From contig OX597831.1 of the NCBI GenBank assembly GCA_951406725.2, forward strand, positions 9,858,001 to 9,922,000: a DNA stretch of 64,000 bases. Direction: 5' to 3'. Below are positions 41,771 to 55,912 of this stretch, one piece after another. The position numbers and the translations under genes were made by a program. The stretch is from Octopus vulgaris (taxonomy: Eukaryota). Positions within the stretch are counted from its first letter, which is position 1, and every line of letters starts with the position of its first letter. The notes under the pieces were generated by a model. It saw only the letters and a program-made list of their open reading frames with translations, did not search any database and had not been told where the DNA came from.

Positions 41771-41843
<73 letters not shown>

Positions 41844-42369
41844 GTGTGTGTGTGTGTGTATACACACGCACATACACACACTCACAGAATCACATGTTAA
41901 AAGGATTAATTGATGAGCACTGTTGTTTATATCCTCCCTGATAAGATTGGTTCATTGTTTCATATTATTCATCCTGTCGAATTTATTTTCAATGCACCAT
42001 CAAAACATATATCGGTTTTATGAAGATATAATTGATTTAATAACATCTTGTGCGTTTGTCTCCATTGTCATTTTCCCTATGTACTCTAAAAAAACATCTC
42101 GCTTCACCCCGGAATTAACCCCCACACAAGTGTTATCACTGATTTCTAGGAGACTTTGTGACATCTGGCCATTTTGTAATTATTCCCCTAGATGAGTGAA
42201 AAATCAGCAAAAATCATTTCGCACACACAAGGAGTACGAGAGAAGGGCTTATCACTTCAAACATGAAAAAGTTTGTCTTCTATTCATTTTGCTCTATTCT
42301 ACAGCGTGTCTACAAACTCTGGTTCAACTCTTATCCATGCTACATTACTGTCAACTAAGTTATTATATA

Positions 42370-42668
42370 TCTTTATATATAAAAGTGAAGTTGTGTGAGT
42401 GTCTGTTTCCTACGATATAGATTCCTAACTACTCCCACATTTTGCGGTGCAGTTTAACCAAAAGCGGGTATCTTATAGTCATGATTCATATCGAGCCCTT
42501 CTGGGTATTAGCGCGCGTCTACAATGAGTCTACGATTTTAAAAAAATTTACCATCATTTTTTCCCATCTTTAATGCATTTTTTTTGCTATTATAGGGAAG
42601 TAACTCTCTAAAATGCTTATATAGTTATTTCCCTTACAAACCCACGCAACGCCGGGCGATACTGCTTG
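42370..42668 (+). mobile_element. Non-autonomous Helitron
   Basis: A|TCTTTATATATAAAAG ... CCCACGCAACGCCGGGCGATACTGCTTG|T, with CTAG mutated; homologous to 24386-24785. Confidence 0.87.
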
Positions 42669-42946
42669 TGATATATATTCCTTTTGTACGCGCACTCGGA
42701 TAAACTTGTGTTGTGACACTTGCAAAACACTGCGTGTGTCAGAAACGTGGGTTAATTGCTTGACTTAGTGAATAAGTTAATCCAGATTATCTGCACTGTG
42801 GAATGAAAATACTGACAACGTGTGCTTTTCACTAATTGAATAATCTCCATTGTTACTAACTACTTTCATTACTGATGGACAATAACAACTGTAAGTGCTA
42901 GTCTCGCTCCATTTGCATATAATTACAGTTTATGCTGCTGCTGTTG

Positions 42947-42992
<46 letters not shown>

Positions 42993-43010
42993 ACTACAAC
43001 CACCACTACT

Positions 43011-43063
<53 letters not shown>

Positions 43064-43064
43064 A

Positions 43065-43145
<81 letters not shown>

Positions 43146-43146
43146 G
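42947..43146. repeat. (CTA)n microsatellite
   Basis: Directly visible. Confidence 0.97.
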
Positions 43147-43438
43147 CAGCTGCTGCTGCTGCTTCAGGACAATGCTAGCCATCTCCTGAGATTGCATTAA
43201 CCATTAAAATAATTGAATGTAATGTAATTAATGAGACAATGGCTGAGGGTTCGCAGTCGCTTCGATGCTAAGTAACAATGGAAATATATTCCACAATGAT
43301 TAATTTCTTCTTAGACAATTCTTTCTGACTTAACTTTCGTTATATTAATAAAGAATGCAACTTTTTCTGAAACCAGGTATAAATATATGTGTGCATGTAT
43401 GTATATATGTATGTATGAATGTATGTATGTGTGTGTGT

Positions 43439-43439
<1 letters not shown>

Positions 43440-43492
<53 letters not shown>

Positions 43493-43493
43493 T

Positions 43494-43555
<62 letters not shown>

Positions 43556-43556
43556 G

Positions 43557-43595
<39 letters not shown>

Positions 43596-43596
43596 G

Positions 43597-43658
<62 letters not shown>

Positions 43659-43670
43659 CAGATAGATAGA
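43440..43670. repeat. (GATA)n microsatellite
   Basis: Directly visible. Confidence 0.98.
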
Positions 43671-43894
43671 GGAGACAAGGGGAGAAGTAGAGACAGACAA
43701 ATAGAGATATATAACACATAAATTACTTTCGTACGTATATTTTATGTATGTATACGTGTTTAAAGAAATAAACACACATACATACAGACGCATGCGTATA
43801 TACAGATATATGAACTAGTCAATATACTGTTTTATAAAACACCTCCACGTTAGCATACATGCATTCGGTGCTTTGTTCAAGCGAGATATACTTT

Positions 43895-44260
43895 TAAGAT
43901 TGCACTTACGGTTTTTTTTTAATTTGCCTATTCAATCTAGAAATTTCAAGCAACACAGCTTAGAGCTTCTTTACTCTAATTAGAACCCGTAAGGTTAATA
44001 CACTTTAAGAATTCTACAACACCAAATTCAGTTACTCCCGATTAGTCAACATCACTTCTGCCATCACACTATACAACAGACGCAAACACGGACCTACACA
44101 CCTCGACTACATACTACTAACTGCAACTATATAGATCCTACTAAGTGCCCACTGGGAGAAACTTGCCTCTCAAGAGAAGTTGTCTATAGCGCCACACTTG
44201 CGCCATCCAGTGGAATTACAAATCACTATACGGGTATCACGGTGACTGAGTTTAAGGGAA
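43895..44260 (+). mobile_element. Penelope-like element fragment (Cys linker and GIY-YIG endonuclease)
   Basis: 44119-44259 reads NCNYIDPTKCPLGETCLSREVVYSATLAPSSGITNHYTGITVTEFKG (CNC..CPL..CL..VVY..YxG.T..FK); an upstream FN.PY and K.SYS-like linker is decayed. Confidence 0.8.
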
Positions 44261-44486
44261 ACTATACACGGGATGTGCATTCTTTCAGGTGTGGGGATAA
44301 GGAAACACTACATCCCCGCTCCTTTTTATTTTGAGACTTTGTGATCGCCTGAATGAATCCCCCAACATTATATAGAGTCACAGTGGCAGTCCGTACTCCC
44401 CTGGAGTTGAAATTTCCAGATCAGCATCAGCACAAGATTACATATATTACACCAACTTACAGTATCCATCACGAGGAAGAATAAAC

Positions 44487-44708
44487 TGCATTATTTACAT
44501 TATTTACATTCAATGGATATTTGACCCCATCTTGTTTGTTGTTAACACAACGTTTTGGCTGATATACCCACAGTCTTCTTCAGGTGGCTTGGGGAAATTT
44601 CGATCTTGGGTTCTCATTCCTAAGGTATTTTCTGATATTATTATTATTATTATTAATATTATTATTATTATTAGTATATTAGTATTATTATTATTATCAT
44701 CATTATCA

Positions 44709-44757
<49 letters not shown>

Positions 44758-44890
44758 CTTTATCATTATTATTATTATTATTATCATTATCACAATTATT
44801 ATCATTATTATTGTTCGGGTCACTGCTTGGAATCAAACTCGGAATCTTGGGGTTGTTAGCTCACGCTCTTAACCACTACGCTCTGTGCCC
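44487..44890 (-). mobile_element. tRNA-headed element with an internal (AAT)n spacer and HHR-like motif
   Basis: Minus strand: A-box-like GCGTAGTGGTT, B-box-like GAGTTTGATTCC, (AAT)n, then CAC-CTGAAGA-AGACTG..CAGCC-AAAA-CG-TT-GTG. Confidence 0.7.
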
Positions 44891-44892
44891 AT

Positions 44893-45030
44893 GGGCATAT
44901 GGCGTAGTGGTGAAAGCTACGGAGTATATTAGCCGAACCGTTGTGTTAGCAACAAACAAGATGAGGACAAATATCCGTTGAATGTAAATAATGCACATAA
45001 TTCCTCATCTCTTAAAAATGGAACAGTATT
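44893..45030 (+). mobile_element. Inverted, internally deleted copy of the 44487-44890 element
   Basis: GGGCATATGGCGTAGTGGT, then GTATATTAGCCGAACCGTTGTGTTAGCAACAAACAAGATGAGG..., the reverse complement of 44487-44567. Confidence 0.75.
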
Positions 45031-45309
45031 ATCAAAAGAATAAACTATTCTACTGTTGCTACCAGAAGTATAACATATTAACGAACTTCACACCACTGAT
45101 AATCAAGACTCCAGATATACCACATGAAGCAGCCTCCTCCATACTTAAGACCATGACATATAAACTTTACTGCTCGTATATACTAGAGCCTCATCCATGG
45201 TTGACATCGTTTCTGGTTGGCTACGCGACACAAGCGTTCTGCCTCCTTAAGTTTTCAAAAGGTCACAGAAAGGTTGTGTTGTGTAGTCAACTAGAAACGT
45301 AATTTCTTC

Positions 45310-45428
45310 GGGCGAAATAACAGTAACATTCGTCCCTTTCATGGGGACTGCGACATTAATTTAGCAACAAGCCATCACTTTATCGTGCTGTTGCTGCATA
45401 ACTCTCTCTGAAAGATTTAGAAATATAT
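45310..45428 (+). repeat. Second copy of the right arm of the 28346-28606 palindrome element
   Basis: AAATAACAGTA.CATTC.TCCCTTTCATGG..CACTTTATCG..CTCTCTGA.AGAT.TAGAAATATAT is shared with 28546-28663. Confidence 0.7.
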
Positions 45429-45431
45429 ATA

Positions 45432-45849
45432 TACTCTTTTACTCTTTTACATGTTTCAGTCATTTGACTGCGGCCATGCTGGAACACCGCCTTTAGTCGA
45501 GCAAATCGACCCCGGGACTTATTCTTTGTAAGCCCAGTACTTATTCTATCGGTCTCTTTTGCCGAACTGCTAAGTGACGGGGATGTAAACACAACAGCAT
45601 CGGTAGTCAAGCGATGCTAGGGGGACAAACACAGACACACAAACACATACACACACAAACATATATATATATATATACATATATACGACAGGCTTCTTTC
45701 AGTTTCCGTCTACCAAATCCACTCACAAGGCATTTGTTGACCCTGGGCTATAGCAGAAGACACTTGCCCAAGATGCCACGCAGTGGGACTGAACCCGGAA
45801 CCATGTGGTTGGTTAGGAAGCTACTTACCTCACAGCCACTCCTGCGCCT
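45432..45849 (-). mobile_element. SINE family C, full length
   Basis: Reverse complement of 17371-17757; TA-rich flanks. Confidence 0.9.
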
Positions 45850-45878
45850 ATATATATATGTACGAATGAATTTATATA

Positions 45879-45924
<46 letters not shown>

Positions 45925-46028
45925 TGTGTGTGTATATAATATATATATACATTCATATGTATGAATGTGTGTATATATAATATATATATATATATACATA
46001 CATTCATATATATGAATGTGTGTGTATG

Positions 46029-46063
<35 letters not shown>

Positions 46064-47011
46064 ATGTGTGTATATATATATACATATGTATGTATATATG
46101 TACACGCACACAACACAGAAATACATATGCATAAAGGCATAACATTACAAAGTATATATGTGTTTATCACTCTAGTGAAATTTTCCATATTTGCTCCACA
46201 TGCACCCTTCTACTCGCATCTGTTTCTTTTTAATTTCCTCCACAATCTTCCCAAGTGTCACATCTTTTTCTCCCTTATCGATTCTCTTTATCATCCTGCA
46301 ACTTCCCATTGTCTTTTTTTGTTTGTTTACTTTAGAATAACCTTCGGAAAGATATATCAGTGTTTACAGTGAAATGTAATCTTTAGTTTTAAATTAAAAC
46401 TGTCTACGATGATGGAAAATTCCTCTTTGAATACAGTGGTAGTGTCCTAAAATGTAATTAGCTTCTTCTTTTTCTTAAATACAAAGATAGAAATACTTGA
46501 TAAATTACATTAATACGTATCGCTTTCTAGATTCTATTGACTTACCCGGTTGGTTTTTTTCTCCCTTATTTATTTTCATTATTTGAAATACCGCTACCGG
46601 TTTTACTGGCTAGTTTCTTTCATTATTTAAACAAAGTACTTTTCTTTCTTTATTTTTAATAACATTGCTGAATTTGAAGATTTGCACATAGTACAAAATT
46701 TTGAATTGTCATTTGACATTTTGAAGTTTTAAAGTTATTTACGAAATGTAATTTTTATATATTTCACTAATTTCCATCTATGTTCTTTTTTTATGGTGGT
46801 CCGTTATCATTTATACATTATATATTGATGTCACCCTTTCAAACCAAAATGAAACTCCCTGAAACTTGATTTTTAATGCAACGATCTATTAATGTGTTAC
46901 GTTGCTCATTATCTTTTTTTTTTATATGTGATATGATTATAGTTCTGCTAGTGTGTATATACTAGTGTGTAAACTATTGTTATTGTTATTAGATATGCGT
47001 TGATTGATATA

Positions 47012-47237
47012 TATTTCTTTACTACCCACAAGGGGCTAAACACAGAGGAGATAAACAAGGACAGACAAAGGGATTAAGTCGATTACATCGACCCCAGTGC
47101 GTAATTGGTACTTAATTTATCGACCCCGAAAGGATGAAAGGCAAAGTCGACCTCGGCGGAATTTGAACTCGGAACGTAACGACAGACGAAATACGGCAAC
47201 GCATTTCGCCCGGCGTGCTAACGTTTTTGCTAGCTCG
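47012..47237 (-). mobile_element. SINE A with 16-bp TSD
   Basis: CGTTGATTGATATATA at 46998-47013 and 47236-47251. Confidence 0.92.
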
Positions 47238-49017
47238 TTGATTGATATATACAAGCCTGCAGTGACTATGTTTATTGTATAAACATTTGAGAGGGGTATC
47301 TAGTCAGGAATAATAACAGCAATGCTAAGTGGGAGAGGGGTCGTCAATACCATCAATCCCAGGATTTACTTCATAGTCTATTCTATCGATGCCTGAAGAA
47401 AAAAGTGGAGCTGAAAGAAATTTGATGTTAGAATCTAAGAAGCCAGAAGGCATTTCACAATTCCACCAGCAGGAGGTGTTCGTTTCCTGAAAGAAAATAA
47501 TCTATATGATATGTAGTAAACATTATGTGTTTCAGTATCAGGCGGTACAGTGTGTCGTTTTTTACTTATACAGCATTAATGAGTCGCTGTTTTGTAGGCT
47601 AGTATCTATTATTTTTCATGAATCGGCTGTATGTTATAGCAGTATCTGGCTGTGTTATTTTTATTGGGAGGATTTTGTGCAGAACTTGTTTAATGTAGAA
47701 TATGTACTGTGTCAGTTATCCTACTGAATTGAACGTCTTGTGTAGTATAACATACTTTTAGTACGATGTATATCTATTTTGGGACACATACCCATAGTTG
47801 CAGGTACACACACACACACGCACACACACACACACACATATATATATAGTTAAATATCGAGTAATCGAACGGTGAAAGTAACAATAACAGAACAACAAGA
47901 GGACGTACACACGGAATGAATTAGTTTTACGCTTGGTAAGAAGAGAGGGCTTATTGATCTTCGTGAGAAGGGAAAACGGCGAAGTCCAGAGGAGGAAAAT
48001 TATCACTGACGGCACGTGTGGATGAGATTCTGCAAAGATCATAGCTGTGAATGTCCCTTAACAGCTTATTGCCCAACAATCTACTATCTGGGACATTATT
48101 TACTTTACATTGGAATCAAAGCCTGTGTCAAGCGATGACTTCAACAAAGCACCTCACCATTTTTCGTCAGGAAAACCACTAGCTTCTGCCACATATTGAA
48201 AGCAGGGCACTGATTCAAACCCAACTACAAAATGCTAACTAGGTTTAATATTCAAATTGAATGCTTCATTTACAATTTTACTCTTTGCAGTAATAAAATT
48301 TAACGAATTATGCTAAAATAGGAAACGATTGCACAGGTCTCATGTTGTTCATCTTGTTGCTGTTCTCCTACAAATCGCCTGGGAATGCTTACAGATGAGA
48401 TTACAATTCTATTATATTGCAATAGCAAACATCACTGAAAAGATCTTTTCTATTCAAACTCTGCATGATGCAATTGAATAACAATTCAATTACGTTAAAA
48501 TCCAATGGAAATCCTTCATTTTCTAATACATATATGCTTTTTCATATATTATGTAATCTGTCGGAACCTTAGCTCTCTCTCAATATATATATATATTTGC
48601 TTTCGATTACGCTTCATTTAAATATTACTATTTGTAGAAATACAAAATATATAAATATTTATCAACATATTTTGTATTATTATAAATGTTAATTAACAAT
48701 GTCATCGTGTTTTGTTTAAAATCATATCATTAATGTAAACTGCTGAAAGTCTTCATGACATTTTTCTACGTTTAAAAGGATGTAAAGTATTGTCATTCTG
48801 TTTAGTGTTCTTCTTCTTTTTCTACCATTTCCATTAAAGCAGATAATTGGAATTTGTTGAACTCCATGTTAGTAATGATATTTCAGAAATTTGTGAAAAG
48901 GTAATATTTTTTCTTATTATTTAATCATTACTAAATTGCATTGTATAAAGTAATATTTACAACATTACAATTCAAGAGAATCAGAGCGCACGCACAAACA
49001 CATATACCGCCACATAT

Positions 49018-49059
<42 letters not shown>

Positions 49060-49501
49060 CGCTATAATTAGACTTATGCATAAACATATACAAAGGGACA
49101 ATATATATGCAATTTACATGTTTAATTATATGAGAAATATGTAATTTTCAAACATATACGTCTATGGACGCAAGCATGTGTGAATAAGGGAGTTCGATTC
49201 ACAGTCAATTTGCTTAACTTTTAATAGTATGGCATGACACTGTTTACCATAGCCTTCGGGTCATGAGTTATTTTAGGAAAATAATTAAATGAAACGAAAG
49301 TATAATATATCTATCTATCTACCTATCAACAATCCCACACACACTCACAAACATGATTGTTTATTCCGAATTTCCTTCGAAGCTACGTAATCTGGAGATA
49401 ACTTGAGCCTCGCGAGGATTAGGTGTCTTCCAAATCCGAAGCCTTGTCCTGTCAATCAGTTATTAAGATGGCAACTGAAAATACCTAGTTTATATTGTAT
49501 G

Positions 49502-49540
<39 letters not shown>

Positions 49541-49689
49541 GTAGGTGAATGAATTATTCTAGTATGGATAATTCGGTTAATCGATACCTGGGTAGCGCAA
49601 ATTCACGTCAGAAAACATGGTTGAAGCAACATGCCAAGGGCAAAACCCCGTGTTCCTGTGTGGAAATTTGTGTGTTTTTTTTATATGAA

Positions 49690-49803
49690 TAAATGAAAAG
49701 AATGGAGTCGAACGAAGATTTTAACAAAATTCCTTTACTTTCGAAACATGTGTCGAAAGTAAAGGAATATTGTTAAAATCTTCGTTCGACTCATTGTTTC
49801 ATT

Positions 49804-49805
<2 letters not shown>
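49690..49805. repeat. Fold-back palindrome of a family-D-related tail
   Basis: 49705-49744 vs 49753-49792 are 39/40 complementary; the centre reads GAAACATGTGTC. Confidence 0.9.
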
Positions 49806-49834
<29 letters not shown>

Positions 49835-49857
49835 CTATATATATATATATATATATC

Positions 49858-49930
<73 letters not shown>

Positions 49931-50390
49931 TTGTTCCGCCATCAATTCAAATTTACAAATAAACATTATTTATCCTGCATAATATTCGAACATAGAACTT
50001 GTATATAATGCAATAATGCACAGATAAGCAGAATATATATAAATATTTTAAAGAGTATATATTTTGATACATATATTTACAGAATGTGATTGATTTTAAA
50101 GAAGGTATCAGTATTTACAATGGTTATAATGAGTTCTCACAGCACTCAGCAATGTTGTCCCAGTTCAGAAATTTCATATTCTTCTGTTCACTTATATATC
50201 ATTCTGGACGAGATGATTGCATATATTTAAGAAAAATTTAATATTACAAAGTACAAGGGACATTCTACTCGTATAGTTGAAATATAATATTTATTTATCC
50301 ATAGCTGATACGGATTTAACTGATATATGTATATTAGTGTCTGTACATATGACATTAATACATATTTTCTCACCACATATATAAATCAGA

Positions 50391-50447
<57 letters not shown>

Positions 50448-51435
50448 GTATCCCATATATAAATTAGACTTATTTTATTCATATATATTCTTTCCGGAGA
50501 ATCTGCTTATTATTCGCGAACATAATCACATAGCATATCGGATCATAGAGAAAAGTGCTACCGTACTCGATTAAGCTTTGGCACGTAATTGTAGAATAAA
50601 ACTTAATAAAATTACGGTACTTTGTGATAGCACAAATTGTGATACCAGAACCAATAACATTAATATGAGTGAGGCAGAAAGTGCAGAAACATGCAATAGA
50701 CAATATTAAACATTTATTGTTCGAAACAAGCAAGCCTAATTCCATACAGTCGGAAACTACATTAAAAATAAAACTGCGTGTTACTTCTATATCAAAAGGC
50801 AATTTGAAGTGACATCTAAATATATTAAATTACTAATGTCGTATAGCAGGCAATTTCTACACCAATGATACATATTAGTTATTAGAAATGCAGTCCGTAT
50901 ATATGGTATTATTATTCTTGGTGAATTATAAAGTAATAATGACAAAAGAAAGCATCGCTTATACATTGAATCGAAATTGAATTAGATTTGCAACCTGAGC
51001 TCCATGAGTAAGTTCATAACGTTACACAATGTACTATTTTAGCTTAGCAAAAGTATTCTACTCTACAAATTTTTACAATTAATTATTTGAATGGAAATTC
51101 TGTGAATGTACATAAGTTTGTTTAATTATTCATAAATGATTTATTGCTGAATATCATTTCAAATTGAATTTACAAATATTTAATAACTACTAAAATCTCT
51201 ATCTCTTGGTTCTATAGCAAACAGCGGTATAATTGAACTGGGCGAATGACGTAGCTTCCATGCCGACTCTTTATTCGTTTTGTCTAAAATTAGATTGTAT
51301 GAATGTGAGTGAATATGTATGTACATATGAGGTATGTATATGTGTGTGCATGTGTGTGAATATATATATATGTGTGTGCGTGTGTGTGTGTATATGTGTT
51401 TATATATATATATGTGAGTGTCTGTTTATATATAT

Positions 51436-51930
51436 GTGGTTAGGGCAGCAGATTCGCGGTCGTAGGATCGCGGTTTCGATTCCCAGACCGGACATTGTGT
51501 GTGTTTATTGAGCGAAAACACCTAAAGCTTCACGAGGATCCGGCAGGGGATGGTGGCGCGAACCCTGTTAAACTCTTTCACCACGATTTTCTCTCACTCT
51601 TTCTTCCTGTTTCTGTTGTTCCTAGTATTTCTAAGGGCCAGCCTTGTCACACTCTGTGCCACGCTGAATCTCCCAGAGAAGTACGATAAGGGTACACGTG
51701 TCTGTGGAGTGTTCAGCCATTTGCACGTTAATAAATGAGCTGCGATATAACTGGTGCCAAGCAGTATCGGCCATTGTCTTTCCCTTGGATAACATCGGTG
51801 GCGTGGAGAGGGGAGGCTGGTATGCATGGGCGACTGCTGGTCTTCCATACACAACCTTGCCCAGACTTGTGTTTCGGAGGGTAACATTCTAGGTGCAATC
51901 CCATGGTCCTTCATGACCGAAGGGTGTCAC
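51436..51930 (+). mobile_element. SINE B head and core joined to a third, unrelated 3' segment
   Basis: Family B sequence to about 51732, then a distinct GC-richer ~200 bp. Confidence 0.8.
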
Positions 51931-51935
51931 ATCAT

Positions 51936-51969
<34 letters not shown>

Positions 51970-52105
51970 CGTACATCCACTCTGTCTGTGAGTGCCTAAA
52001 TTCAGGTCACTGGTAAATAATTGTAGAAAATAGAAAATATAAATGTCCAAACATACCCGTTCTTGTTCACTCCAATTCACACATACACACACGTGTGTGT
52101 GTATA

Positions 52106-52154
<49 letters not shown>

Positions 52155-52325
52155 TGAAAGAGAGAGATACATACATATATACACATATTTATATATAGAC
52201 ATATGCATCGTTATCTGTCTATCCATGTGCTTATATATATATATTGGAATATATATATTCCTATTGGAACACACTTTTACATGTTATATTTCCTCACTAT
52301 ATATACATACATATATGACAAACTA

Positions 52326-52385
<60 letters not shown>

Positions 52386-52387
<2 letters not shown>

Positions 52388-52512
52388 GGTCCCGGGTTGA
52401 TTCGGGTTAACACAGTAAGTAAGGTACTCAATACATAGCAGAGTAAAATTAATTTATTATATAGAAGGAGCTTCTACAGGACTAGTACTGTTTCATCTTC
52501 AGGAAGCTATTT
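52386..52512 (-). mobile_element. Short element with a degenerate HHR motif abutting (TA)n
   Basis: Minus strand reads AGCTTC-CTGAAGA-T-GAAAC-AGTACT-AG-TC-CTGTA-GAAGCT; stem II is missing. Confidence 0.5.
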
Positions 52513-53307
52513 AACTATCATATATGTATCTATATAATGAGGAAAAAATAACATGTAAAAGTGTGTTCTAATCCGTTATTTATTTACATCAGGCGGATTA
52601 ACAGCATTGGCTGGCACAGCTATTAGCGTTAACACTTGTTTATTTTCGACTAATTTCCTGGACCTGTTTCCAAACCGACTCTAGTGAGGTAATGAATCGG
52701 ACAGAAATGCGCTTTGCGTTTCTTGCCCTGATGCGTGCTTATTGCTTATATCGCATAAACCTATATAATAATACATTTTCATCTTCCAAGCAACAACCGT
52801 AGATTTTTTATGCTTTCTGGTAACGTTCTACAAATATCTAGGTCTTCAAACCCTGAGCCGTTAGTAGTGAGCGTTTACTGAGGATAAAGAGGCCAGAATC
52901 TTTTCTATTATTGATAAAGAGAAGCGCTTATTCACAGTTATTACTTACAGTGCACCACAAGAGCCAGGGACCCACGTAGAAAATATCAAAACTTAAAAAA
53001 CGAAATGTATGCGTGTGTGTGTGTATCTATGTGTGTCTGCCTCTGTGTGTGTGTGTGTGTATGAATATGTATCGACATTTTAATTTCTGCCACAAATGCA
53101 TGTTTTTATGAAGTGTAGGAAAAGACCGCTACGAAGTGCATGAAGAGGCTGCTATTCGGCTTAGAAATAACTTCAGGAACTCATTCCGTGTTTCAACATA
53201 AGCAGCAAACACACACGGCTCATACGCACGCATACACATACTCACACACACACACACACACATACACACACACACACACACGTACACACACATTATATAT
53301 GTGGTTG

Positions 53308-53461
53308 GAGTGGTTGGCGTTAGGAAGGGCATCCAGCTGTAGAAACACTGCCAGATCAGACTGGAGCCTGGTGCAGCCCCTGGCTTCCCAGACCCCCGGT
53401 CGAACCGTCCAACCCATGCTAGCGCGGAAAACGGACGTTAAATGATGATGATGATGATGAT
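53308..53461 (+). mobile_element. RTE-type retroposon 3' end with (GAT)n tail
   Basis: GGTTGGCGTTAGGAAGGGCATCCAGC...AACCCATGCTAGC..GGACGTTAAATGATGATG; family assignment from recall. Confidence 0.7.
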
Positions 53462-53484
53462 ATATATATATATATATATATTAT

Positions 53485-53536
<52 letters not shown>

Positions 53537-54064
53537 AGCGAGACATTAGTATGTCTTTTCGAAGACAAAAGCCTTACTATACCCTACTTCACCTTTCCCG
53601 ATACTTTCTAAAAGTACATTCATATCTTTAATTAAATATCTTTAATTTATTGATGATGAACAACGAATATTCTCTATAAAAGTACATTGTTTCGCATATT
53701 TTTTTTGTTTTGCTTTTGTCATGTATATTCTCGTTGCCAAATCTGATATTGTATATCAATTATCTGAAAAGTGAATACTAGAATAGTTCAATTAACTGAT
53801 GAATGACATGGTCAGCAGAAACAAAGCCACTTCGTGAATCTCTTAAAACTTGAAATGTGTGTGTGTGTGTGTTTGTGTGAGCGTGCGTGCACGCTTGTGA
53901 GTGTGTGTGCGTGCGTGTGTGTCTGTGTGTGCGTTTGTGTCTGTGTGTATCTTTGTATATTTGTTACCACGTAACTAGTAGTTCAGCTAGAGTTTTGTAT
54001 AGAATAAGTTCTGTGTTCGACTGGTTCAACGAAAGTTAATTCCAAGCCAGTGCTGTAGCATGTC

Positions 54065-55370
54065 AAAAGCTATATAAATGATGACCTGGATATGCTCAAT
54101 CACCTTCCTAAGACAATAAACAAAAACACTCTACTAGTATCCTTCGATGTAGGCAACCTCCATTCCAATATCCCCCACAACCTAGGAATAGAGGCAATTC
54201 GATTCTGGATAAAGAATTGCGGCATCGCATCAAAAAATAATTCGGGATAGAAGGGCTAAAATTCACCTTGGAGAATAACTACTTCGTCTTCAAAGACAAC
54301 TTCTGTCTTCAAAAATCGGGGACTACGATGGGTACGAGAATGACCCCCTCCTTTGCTAACCTAGTCATGGGATATCTAGAAATTGGTCTTTGTCGTAAGG
54401 TTCTATAAAAATACGGCAGCCCAATCTCCGTCTACATAGAAAATACCTGGATGACTGTTTCCTTCTTTGGCATGAAAATATAGAGAAACTTAAAGAATCC
54501 CAAGCCCTTTTAAAAGGACTTGACGTAAACATTCAATTCACGATGGAATGTAGCCAGCAACAACTCCCCTTCCTCGACATCCTCATTAAGAAATCTAACA
54601 ACGTAATAGAAACAGATATATACTATAAGCCTACGGATTCCAAGCCATATCTACCGTTCAACTCATGCCACCCCAGACACACCAGAATGAATATCCCCTT
54701 CAGCCTAGCAGAAAGCATATGTACTATAGTTTCTAATGCAAACACCAGAGACACACGACTACGTGAACTAAAGGATACACTCATCATCAGGAACTACCCA
54801 CCTTCACTTATTGACATATGCTTTCAACGTGCCCTTCAACTCAACATCCAGGAGCTCTGACATCCTAAATTAAAGAAAGATTTACAACCAAAAGCCCTAC
54901 CATACATCTCCACATAGAACACTCTCAACAATGAAACCTTCGACATCATCCTCCAAAACATACCCCATGTTAAAAAAGGACCACAGAATGAACTTAATCC
55001 TCCAAACACACACCGTAATAAAAAGCAAGAGACAGCCCAAATCTATGAAAAGTCTCCTAACACAAGCCCGAATACGCTCAGCAACACATAAACCGTCATT
55101 AAAAAAATGCAGAAGGCCCACTTGTGGGATATGCGTCAATTTAATTGAGGGATCAGAGTTCTCCTTCAAACAGGGACAACTTTTCCAGTGAAAAGCAACG
55201 TCACATGTGCTTCGGAGAACCCGATATACGCACTAACCTTTTCTGGGTGTCAAGAGCAACACATAGGCCAAACAAATGATGGCTCTTCGTAAAAGGATAG
55301 CCCAGCACAGATCCTAGATCAAAATTCCCCAAAACAGAAAAATAGCATTCAGCCAACACATAAGCATTTT
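54065..55370 (+). pseudogene. Penelope-like element ORF remnant (reverse transcriptase plus GIY-YIG endonuclease)
   Basis: LLVSFDVGNLHSNIPH; ENNYFVF..QKSGTTMGTRMTPSFANLVMG; YLDDCF; IQFTME..LPFLDILI..TDIYYKPTD..YLPFNSCHP; KCRRPTCGIC; TCASENPIYAL..C.EQHIGQT. Frameshifts and stops are present. Confidence 0.93.
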
Positions 55371-55741
55371 AACACAAATATAATTTTAACACAAATACAC
55401 GCGCAAATATTAAAAATGATACATTCAAGAGATTCCGAAGAATTCATTACAAAAACAGTCCCAATCACTGCTATAATCCATAACGAGTTACTTTTAGGTT
55501 ACTTGAACGTTTAACACCTTACTACTTTCATACTACATATATTCCTTCTTATTCTCCCTCCTCTTTCTTCCTCCTCCTTCCTAACTTTACCACTATTGCT
55601 GTTTAGAATAATACCTACGCAAATTTTATAAACAAAACATTCAAAAGCGATGTTCAGGAATTTAATCACTACTACCATCCACAACGGGCCATTTTCGGAG
55701 CAGCTGACCATTCAACATACTGCTGTCATGACACTCTCACA

Positions 55742-55912
55742 TTCTTCTTCTTCTTCTTCTTCTTCCACTTTTTCTTCTTTCTCCTTCTCCTTCTTCTTCC
55801 ACTTTTTCTTCTTCTTCTCCTTCTTCTTCTTCTTCTTCTTTTTTCTTTTTCTTCTTCTTCTTTTTTCTTTTTCTTCTTCTTCTTCTTCCACTTTTTCTTC
55901 TTCTTCTTCTTC
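55742..55912. repeat. (TTC)n pyrimidine tract
   Basis: Directly visible. Confidence 0.96.

Noticed and set aside
53796-53822. CTGATGA-A-TGAC-ATG-GTCA-GCA-GAAAC as a hammerhead (likewise 18293-18335)
   Set aside because: At 53796 there is no cleavage triplet or stem I, and at 18293 no stem I; both could be chance.
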